NCBI GenBank assembly: GCA_041653535.1
Contig: JBAZFH010000002.1
Span: 173,011-237,010 of the forward strand
Direction: 5' to 3'
Length of the DNA stretch: 64,000 nt
DNA from: Patescibacteria group bacterium
GTDB taxonomy: Bacteria; Patescibacteriota; Patescibacteriia; JACRDY01
Made by a program: the position numbers and the translations under genes. This document shows positions 9,057 to 15,009 of this stretch, one piece after another. Position 1 is the stretch's first letter. Each line of letters starts with the position of its first letter. The notes under the pieces were generated by a model. That model did no database searches and had not been told where the DNA came from. It was given only the letters and a program-made list of their open reading frames with translations.

Positions 9057-9702
9057 AGTTTTACTCGGGCTGACTGGGAGTGTAGCTTCCAAGCTCGACA
9101 GGCAAATTGTGGCAGCGCTAAAAGCAGAAGGTTGCGAGGTGATCGTTGTTCCAACTATTGCTTCGCTGTATTTCAGCTGGTCTCTCAAGCTCGAGTTTGT
9201 TAAAGCGTTGCTAGCAAGCAAGCTTGGCTTACTTGGTAGGATGTTAGCGCGGGTAATCGAGCTATTGTTTCCAAGCAAACTCGGAGCGCCGGTAGTTACC
9301 GATGCCGCCGAATGGCGCGGACTCAACTACAAAAAAAATATGCCGATCGAGCATATTGTCTTGCGCGACTGGGCTGATGTGCTGGTAATCGCGCCGCTGT
9401 CGGCTAACACGCTTGGCAAAATCGCAAACGGTCTAGCAGACAATCTACTGACTTGTATTGTCCGCGCTTGGGATCCGGCCAAACCAGTTGTGCTGGCACC
9501 GGCTATGAATACCAAGATGTGGCAGTCGTCGTTTACCGCAACGCACTTGCAAAGTTTGAAAAATATTTTTCAGCTGTGTGTAGTGCCACCGGTAAGTAAA
9601 AAGTTGGCTTGCGGCGATGAAGGAGTTGGTGCACTGGCTGCTATTACTGACATCGTCGCTGCTGTCGGCGTTGCCACAAAATCGTCTCTCGACGTTGTCT
9701 AG
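9043..9702 (+). CDS. coaC: Phosphopantothenoylcysteine decarboxylase, stand-alone CoaC flavoprotein (HFCD family).
   Basis: VLLGLTGSVAS...VLVIAPLSANTLGKIANGLADNLLT...VLAPAMNTKMW...ACGDEGVGAL. Start moved to ATG 9043 (GAAAGGAGG RBS); the ORF-track 8956 start is an out-of-context extension. Overlaps the coaB stop by 14 nt. Confidence 0.75.
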   Translation: MTKNKVLLGLTGSVASKLDRQIVAALKAEGCEVIVVPTIASLYFSWSLKLEFVKALLASKLGLLGRMLARVIELLFPSKLGAPVVTDAAEWRGLNYKKNMPIEHIVLRDWADVLVIAPLSANTLGKIANGLADNLLTCIVRAWDPAKPVVLAPAMNTKMWQSSFTATHLQSLKNIFQLCVVPPVSKKLACGDEGVGALAAITDIVAAVGVATKSSLDVV

Positions 9703-9733
9703 TTGCAAATAACCTGAAAAAAAGGAGCGGTCA

Positions 9734-9991
9734 ATGGAAGCGTACAAAACAGTTTGTCCAGATTGCGGCTATGTCCGGTTTTGGACCGGTTGGAAAACCG
9801 GTTTGGGCAAGACCAAAGAACAGCTGGAACAGATGAGCCGTGATTTCAAGACATGCAAGAAATGCGGTTCGGTTAACGCCAAAACCGGTTCTGACCGTGA
9901 GTCTGAAATAGGCCGCGATTTTGCTGCCATGGACAAAGAGGCAGTGCGAGTCATTGGCGATTTTATCAAAGAACGGTTGGGGGTAAAATAG
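9734..9991 (+). CDS. Small zinc-ribbon protein (CxxC...CxxC), function unknown.
   Basis: 85 aa with CPDCG...CKKCG. AAAGGAG RBS 5 nt upstream. Confidence 0.6.
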   Translation: MEAYKTVCPDCGYVRFWTGWKTGLGKTKEQLEQMSRDFKTCKKCGSVNAKTGSDRESEIGRDFAAMDKEAVRVIGDFIKERLGVK

Positions 9992-9992
9992 A

Positions 9993-10250
9993 ATGAAAGT
10001 CCGTGTTTATGGAGAAGATAAGGCAGGACTTGTCGCTGATACAACGGTGATTCAAATAACGTGTCCGCATTGCAACAGCGATCTGGACGTGACTTTTAGC
10101 GACATCAGTCGTTGTGCCGGTTTTCGTCACGATGTAGATGCTTGCGGAGTAAGGACTTGCTGCGGTGCCTGCAATCAGTATTTTCTCATTTCGCAAGACA
10201 AGATGCCAAAAAATTGGCTAAAGGCGTTATTTCCGCCTGATGAGTTTTGA
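9993..10250 (+). CDS. Small Cys-rich protein (CPHC...C...CCGAC), function unknown.
   Basis: 85 aa. The start is 1 nt after the previous stop, so it is probably translationally coupled. An intrinsic terminator follows. Confidence 0.55.
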   Translation: MKVRVYGEDKAGLVADTTVIQITCPHCNSDLDVTFSDISRCAGFRHDVDACGVRTCCGACNQYFLISQDKMPKNWLKALFPPDEF

Positions 10251-10258
10251 AAAAAAAC

Positions 10259-10287
10259 AAAACCCCGTACCAAGTATGGGGTTTTTA
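10259..10287 (+). terminator. Intrinsic terminator.
   Basis: AAAACCCCGTA-CCAAG-TATGGGGTTTTT, a 7-bp stem with one G-U pair and a U-tract. Confidence 0.65.
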
Positions 10288-10352
10288 AAATATTGACTTT
10301 TTTCTGTTATTATTCTAAGTTATATAGTTAAATAAAAAAGGAGGGCGTTAAC

Positions 10353-10724
10353 ATGTACAGAGACATTGAACCGGATGGACGCGTCCGCAGCGTTCTTTTC
10401 GCGGGATGGCTGGTTGTTGTGGGGTTGATGATCACCGTATTCTTTTTTCACATTTTAGGAAAGGTTGCTTGGGGGTTGTTTATTGCTCTTTATTCTTTGC
10501 CCTGGTGCATTTGGGGGTTTGTCACTATCGGCGCTTATGTTTTGCAGTTTAAAATGAACATGACGATGGGTAGTGGCAGTAAGGAAAAAAAAGAAGATTG
10601 GCGACGCGGCGGCAACAGACGGTACAGATATTCTGGTATTCCGGGGGGAAATTCCAGTGGTCTTTGGAATCAAGGTCGGGTTTGGGATCCGGAAAAAAAC
10701 CAATGGGAAGAAAAAAAGGAGTAA
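10353..10724 (+). CDS. Small membrane protein with two TM helices and a Gly/Arg-rich tail, hypothetical.
   Basis: 123 aa. AAAGGAGGG RBS. Hydrophobic stretches LFAGWLVVVGLMITVFFF and LFIALYSLPWCIWGFVTIGAYV. Confidence 0.6.
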   Translation: MYRDIEPDGRVRSVLFAGWLVVVGLMITVFFFHILGKVAWGLFIALYSLPWCIWGFVTIGAYVLQFKMNMTMGSGSKEKKEDWRRGGNRRYRYSGIPGGNSSGLWNQGRVWDPEKNQWEEKKE

Positions 10725-10758
10725 TGAGACGACTTAAATAACGCGAGGAGGGGAGAAA

Positions 10759-10983
10759 ATGAACCGCGTTAAGCAAGAGCCAAAACCCGGCAGAAAGTGC
10801 GTTCTTTGCGGTATGCCGCTGAGTATGTACAATCCAAACAATCAGTGTTTTTGTCATCAAACAGGGTTGAAAAACGACCCCTTGTTTCTACGAGTAGAAA
10901 AAACTGGTTGTTTTTCAACTGGAATTCGGGGCTTCGATTTTCGTCGGACCATGTCCGACTACGAAGGAAGATCGGTTGATTAA
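10759..10983 (+). CDS. Small Cys-containing protein, hypothetical.
   Basis: 74 aa with CVLCG...CFCH. GAGGAGGGG RBS. A strong terminator follows. Confidence 0.5.
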   Translation: MNRVKQEPKPGRKCVLCGMPLSMYNPNNQCFCHQTGLKNDPLFLRVEKTGCFSTGIRGFDFRRTMSDYEGRSVD

Positions 10984-10989
10984 AAATCT

Positions 10990-11026
10990 ATCCGCCCGAT
11001 ACACTAGTCGGGCGGATTTTTATTTT
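10990..11026 (+). terminator. Intrinsic terminator.
   Basis: TCCGCCCGA-TACACTAG-TCGGGCGGA, a perfect 9-bp stem followed by TTTTTATTTT. Confidence 0.8.
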
Positions 11027-11162
11027 CTTGAAAAAAAAGGTTAAAAGTAGTACACTGCTACTGCTTTATTTGGTAGCTGCGGATTGGTGGTTGATGATTG
11101 GGATCTAGAAAATTTTTCTAACCATCCGCCTACGTCCGCCGCCGCGGACTTCGGCGAGGCAA

Positions 11163-11197
11163 GCTAACCATTAACCATTAATCATTAATCATTAATT
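11163..11197. repeat. Short tandem repeat (AAYCATT)x4-5 directly upstream of trxB.
   Basis: AACCATT AACCATT AATCATT AATCATT AATTACT, read directly. Confidence 0.8.
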
Positions 11198-11206
11198 ACT
11201 ATTTTT

Positions 11207-12148
11207 ATGGAAAATCAATACGATGTTGTCATCGTCGGTGGCGGTCCGGCTGGTATCGTTGCCGCTATTTATGCCGCGCGTAAACAATTAAATACCGTTA
11301 TTATCACCCCTGACCTCGGCGGTCAGATGGCGATTACCAACCATATAGAAAATTACCCCGGTTTTGAAAATATTTCCGGTCCAGAGTTGGTAAACAAATT
11401 TCGTTTGCAGGTGGAAAAGCTGGGCGGTAAATTTATTTTTGATCAAGTCGTCGGTATAGAGCCGGTTGACAGTATTTTTAAAGTCAAAACTTCTGGCAGG
11501 GAATTTATGACTCGAACAGTTGTCCTGGCTTTTGGTTTGACACCACGAGGGCTAGATGTTCCCGGAGAAGAAAAGTTTAAAGGACGCGGTATCGCTTTCT
11601 GTGCTACTTGTGACGCGCCGCTTTATAAAGGAAAAACCGTGGCAGTAGTTGGCGGTGGTAACAGCGCGATGGAAGCTATTACCGAGTTGTCTAAAATCGC
11701 TACCAAAGTTTATGCCACGCATCGCGGCGACAAATTTAGCACCGCTGATCCAGTCGAAGTAGAAAAGATTAGTGGTTACGCCAATGTCGAAGTGATGTTG
11801 AACAGTGAAATCACAGGGTTTATCGGGGATAAAAAATTAGAAAAAATTTTGGTTCATAATAATAAAAATGAAAAGCCGGATTTTGAGTTGGCGGTCGACG
11901 GCGTGTTTTTAGAAATCGGTTACGTGACTAAAACCGACTGGCTAAAAGGGTTTGTGGATATTGATGAAAAAGGACATGTATTAATCAATGAAAAGGCCGA
12001 AACTTCTCGACCCGGCGTTTATGCCGCTGGTGATGTGACCAATACGACTTATAAACAAATTGTTATTTCCGGCGGCGAGGGTGCCAAAGCCGCGTTGTCA
12101 GCTTATAAATATTTAAACAACTCCAAAACGGTTACGCCGGATTGGTAG
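11207..12148 (+). CDS. trxB: Thioredoxin-disulfide reductase.
   Basis: 313 aa with the VVIVGGGPAG FAD motif, the CATCDA redox-active disulfide and the GGGNSA NADPH motif. Confidence 0.95.
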   Translation: MENQYDVVIVGGGPAGIVAAIYAARKQLNTVIITPDLGGQMAITNHIENYPGFENISGPELVNKFRLQVEKLGGKFIFDQVVGIEPVDSIFKVKTSGREFMTRTVVLAFGLTPRGLDVPGEEKFKGRGIAFCATCDAPLYKGKTVAVVGGGNSAMEAITELSKIATKVYATHRGDKFSTADPVEVEKISGYANVEVMLNSEITGFIGDKKLEKILVHNNKNEKPDFELAVDGVFLEIGYVTKTDWLKGFVDIDEKGHVLINEKAETSRPGVYAAGDVTNTTYKQIVISGGEGAKAALSAYKYLNNSKTVTPDW

Positions 12149-12187
12149 TGGATAGTCCAGAGTCCAAAGTCCAGAGTTTGGGGTAAA

Positions 12188-12235
12188 TCCTCCTAACCTC
12201 CTAACCTCCTAACCTCCTAACCTTTTAACTTCCTA
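12188..12235. repeat. Tandem octamer repeat (CCTCCTAA)x4 plus two degenerate copies, 5-50 nt upstream of the gdhA start.
   Basis: AATCCTCCTAACCTCCTAACCTCCTAACCTCCTAACCTTTTAACTTCCTAC. Preceded by an AGTCCAGAG / AGTCCAAAG / AGTCCAGAG mini-repeat at 12152-12178. Confidence 0.85.
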
Positions 12236-12240
12236 CTATT

Positions 12241-13482
12241 ATGTCTAATGCATTTTCCAACGCCATGAAGCAGCTTGACGTCGCTGCCAAATATTTGGAT
12301 TTTGAGCCAGAGATTTTGGATAAACTACGATCGCCGAAAAGAGCGTTCAATTTTTCTCTTCCGGTAAAAATGGATAATGGCACGACAAAAACTTTTGAAG
12401 GTTATCGCGTGCAATACAACGATGCCAGAGGTCCTTTTAAAGGTGGAATCCGTTTTCATCCTAAAGCCGACATGAACGAAGTAAAGGCATTGTCTTTTTG
12501 GATGACGATTAAGTGCGCTGTTGTCGGTATTCCTTTTGGTGGTGGCAAAGGCGGCGTGACAGTCGACCCCAAAAAATTGTCAGCAACTGAGCTAGAAAAT
12601 CTTTCTCGCGCTTATGCTCGCGCACTGGGTAAAAATATTGGTCCATATATTGATGTGCCGGCGCCCGATGTTTACACTACGCCGCAGATCATGGCTTGGA
12701 TGATGGATGAATACGAAAAATTGGTTGGTTGTCATGCGCCAGGAGTGATTACTGGCAAGCCTCTGTCTGTTGGCGGATCGCTAGGTCGCGACACAGCTAC
12801 GGCGCAAGGAGCTTTTTATGTTTTGCAGAGTTTGGCTAAAAAAATTAGATTAAACAAAAAAGCGAGTTTGGCAATACAGGGTTTTGGTAACGCCGGTTAC
12901 CATCTGGCGCGGTTAGCTTACGATGCCGGTTACGTTATTAAGGCGATAGCCGATTCGCGCGGCGGAATAGTGGCGCTGGACGCTAAAGGTTTTGATCCAA
13001 AAGAAGTGGTGGTTTACAAGGAAAATAATGGTGAACTGGGCAGTAATAAAACTAAGTACAAAAAAATAGTAAGTGAAAAAGTTTTGGAAGAAAAAGTGGA
13101 CGTGGTGGTTCCGGCGGCGCTAGAAAATCAAATTACCCTAAAAAATGTCGGCAAGATTAAAGCCGCGGTAGTACTGGAAGTGGCTAACGGACCGACTACT
13201 CCCGAGGCTGACGTGAAGTTGTTTAAAAAAAGCGTGGTGGTTTGCCCGGATGTTTTGACCAACGCCGGTGGCGTGACCGTTTCATACTTTGAGTGGGTGC
13301 AAAATTTGCAGGGTTATTATTGGACGGAAAAAGAAGTGTTTAGTAAGCTGCAGCCGATTATGGAGAGTTCATTTGCGGCTGTTTGGGATATTTCTCAAGA
13401 AAAAAAAGTTGATCTGCGTACTGCTAGTTTTGTTTTGGCAATCAAGCGTGTGGTGGAGGCGATGAAGGCGAGAGGGTATTAA
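12241..13482 (+). CDS. gdhA: Glutamate dehydrogenase (Glu/Leu/Phe/Val dehydrogenase family).
   Basis: 413 aa with KGGIRFHP, GIPFGGGKGG and the GFGNAGYH Rossmann motif. Confidence 0.9.
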   Translation: MSNAFSNAMKQLDVAAKYLDFEPEILDKLRSPKRAFNFSLPVKMDNGTTKTFEGYRVQYNDARGPFKGGIRFHPKADMNEVKALSFWMTIKCAVVGIPFGGGKGGVTVDPKKLSATELENLSRAYARALGKNIGPYIDVPAPDVYTTPQIMAWMMDEYEKLVGCHAPGVITGKPLSVGGSLGRDTATAQGAFYVLQSLAKKIRLNKKASLAIQGFGNAGYHLARLAYDAGYVIKAIADSRGGIVALDAKGFDPKEVVVYKENNGELGSNKTKYKKIVSEKVLEEKVDVVVPAALENQITLKNVGKIKAAVVLEVANGPTTPEADVKLFKKSVVVCPDVLTNAGGVTVSYFEWVQNLQGYYWTEKEVFSKLQPIMESSFAAVWDISQEKKVDLRTASFVLAIKRVVEAMKARGY

Positions 13483-13501
13483 AAAGTAAAAAGTAAAAAA
13501 A

Positions 13502-13575
13502 CTGCGGGAGGCCGCGGTTTTTTGTATACTAAGTTTAGCCCCTGTATGCCGTTCCCTGCATACTTCGTTTTTATA
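13502..13575 (+). terminator. Two consecutive terminator-like hairpins after gdhA.
   Basis: CTGCGG-GAGG-CCGCGG followed by TTTTTT (13502-13523). Then GTATGC-CGTTCCCT-GCATAC followed by TTCGTTTTT (13545-13573). Confidence 0.55.
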
Positions 13576-13651
13576 TTGACTAGCTATAGATTCCGTAGTA
13601 AGGTGTTAAATCAAGACAAAAGGTTCTTTTACGTAAAGAAGGAGTAGTCAA

Positions 13652-13879
13652 ATGAAAAGTTTTCTTTTGCGGAAGTGGCACGAGTTCATGGCTAAGAGTG
13701 ACGAGACTATTTGGTTGACGGTAATCCTTTCTGTCCTTTGCGCCGTTTGCGCGATTCTTGTCACCTTCGGGCTTGGCAACAATCCGGTGGTTTTTTTTCT
13801 CTTGGCCGTATTCTACGGCGCCCTTGCAGCAGTCCTTTTCTTTGTCACACCAAAGGTGCCATCACCACCGCCATTTTGA
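13652..13879 (+). CDS. Small membrane protein with two TM helices and a PSPPPF tail, hypothetical.
   Basis: 75 aa. GAAGGAG RBS. A terminator immediately follows. Confidence 0.55.
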   Translation: MKSFLLRKWHEFMAKSDETIWLTVILSVLCAVCAILVTFGLGNNPVVFFLLAVFYGALAAVLFFVTPKVPSPPPF

Positions 13880-13893
13880 CCAATCACCCAACG

Positions 13894-13925
13894 CCCTCGC
13901 GTTTCATATGACGCGGGGGTTTTTA
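13894..13925 (+). terminator. Intrinsic terminator.
   Basis: CCCTCGCGT-TTCATATG-ACGCGGGGG, a 9-bp stem with one G-U pair, followed by TTTTT. Confidence 0.75.
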
Positions 13926-13997
13926 ATTAGTATATAGTATATAGTATATACTATATAGTATAGAGTATAGAGGAAATTTACAAAAACCCTATATACT
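13926..13997. repeat. AT-rich TATAGTATA-type repeat block with a 16-bp inverted repeat, upstream of rnhB.
   Basis: TAGTATATAGTATATA (13928-13943) is the reverse complement of TATATACTATATACTA (13981-13996). Internal TATAGTATA iterations lie between them. Confidence 0.7.
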
Positions 13998-14011
13998 ATA
14001 TACTAATTTCC

Positions 14012-14629
14012 ATGATTACCCCGACTTTTAAACTTGAACAAATCGCCTTGGCTGACGGTTTCACTCTGATCGCCGGTATTGACGAAGCTGGTCGTGGACC
14101 TTGGGCTGGACCGCTCTGCGCTGCCGCAGTTATTTTGGATATCGCCAGTTTTAGCAACGACGCTGTTCGTGACTCCAAGATGTTAACGGCCAAAAAGCGT
14201 GAAGAGCTTTCTCCTTGGATTAAGGAAAACTGTATTGCTTGGTCGGCCGGTGAAGTTTCTTCCGAGGAGATCGACGCCATTGGTCTGCAAATGGGCAACA
14301 AAACCGCCATGAAGCGCGCGATAGAAAACCTCGCCACCAAGCCTGATTTTATCTTGACCGACTATGTCGGTCGGATTGAGTTTCGTACGCCTTTTAAAGT
14401 AGTAAAAATGGGCGACAAACTTTCTATTTCTATTGCCGCGGCTTCGATTATCGCCAAGGTTCATCGTGATGAGATAATGATGCGCCTAGCAGAGCAATAT
14501 CCAGAATATCGTTTTGACCTGCACAAAGGTTACGGCACGGCGCTCCACCAAGAAATGATCCAAAAATACGGACTTTGTCCGATTCATCGGCGCAGCTTTC
14601 GGCCGATCAAACAGGTTGCGAAAAGCTAA
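14012..14629 (+). CDS. rnhB: Ribonuclease HII.
   Basis: 205 aa. IAGIDEAGRGPWAGPL and later conserved blocks match RNase HII. Confidence 0.9.
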   Translation: MITPTFKLEQIALADGFTLIAGIDEAGRGPWAGPLCAAAVILDIASFSNDAVRDSKMLTAKKREELSPWIKENCIAWSAGEVSSEEIDAIGLQMGNKTAMKRAIENLATKPDFILTDYVGRIEFRTPFKVVKMGDKLSISIAAASIIAKVHRDEIMMRLAEQYPEYRFDLHKGYGTALHQEMIQKYGLCPIHRRSFRPIKQVAKS

Positions 14630-14691
14630 AATAGGTAGTAAAATCATAAATAACTAAGCTACAGCTATTTATTTTTTTATTTATCAAAAAT

Positions 14692-15000
14692 ATGGCAAAA
14701 GAACCATGGAGTGATGAGTCAATTACCGGTCCAAGAGTGGTGCCGTCTAACGCGGAGTTTGTTGATGTTCCCACTGACCCAAAAGTTGATGAAAAGATTT
14801 TTATCATGTCTTTGGTTTTACGTCCTGGTGAAAACCAGGTTGATACAGAAAAAATCCGTGATCGTTTTCAGAGAGTGGTAAGACATCTGGCAGCGCTAGA
14901 GGAAGAACTATTTGCCGGATTTGGCGAAGAAATGAAAAAAGCCGATTTGGAAGAGCTGCGTGACCGTTTCGAAAAATTAGTTAAAGAAAAAGCAGCCTAA
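14692..15000 (+). CDS. Hypothetical protein.
   Basis: 102-aa ORF filling the rnhB-leuS gap. Charged C-terminal half. No recognisable motif and no clear SD. Confidence 0.45.
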   Translation: MAKEPWSDESITGPRVVPSNAEFVDVPTDPKVDEKIFIMSLVLRPGENQVDTEKIRDRFQRVVRHLAALEEELFAGFGEEMKKADLEELRDRFEKLVKEKAA

Positions 15001-15009
15001 GATAATTTT

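Noticed and set aside
11040-11162. GC-rich structured-looking segment upstream of trxB, considered as a tRNA, small RNA or riboswitch.
   Set aside because: I could fold no cloverleaf. There are no T-loop or anticodon-arm features. Partial complementarity only (GCGGATTGGTGGTT / AACCATCCGC). Left unannotated.
11163-12235. A CRISPR array as an explanation for the tandem repeats at 11163-11197 and 12188-12235.
   Set aside because: Units are 7-8 nt, contiguous, with no spacers and no cas genes. They are microsatellite-like, not CRISPR.
13544-13575. An independent small gene or sRNA in the gdhA downstream region.
   Set aside because: Only two hairpins with U-tracts are present. They are better explained as tandem terminators.
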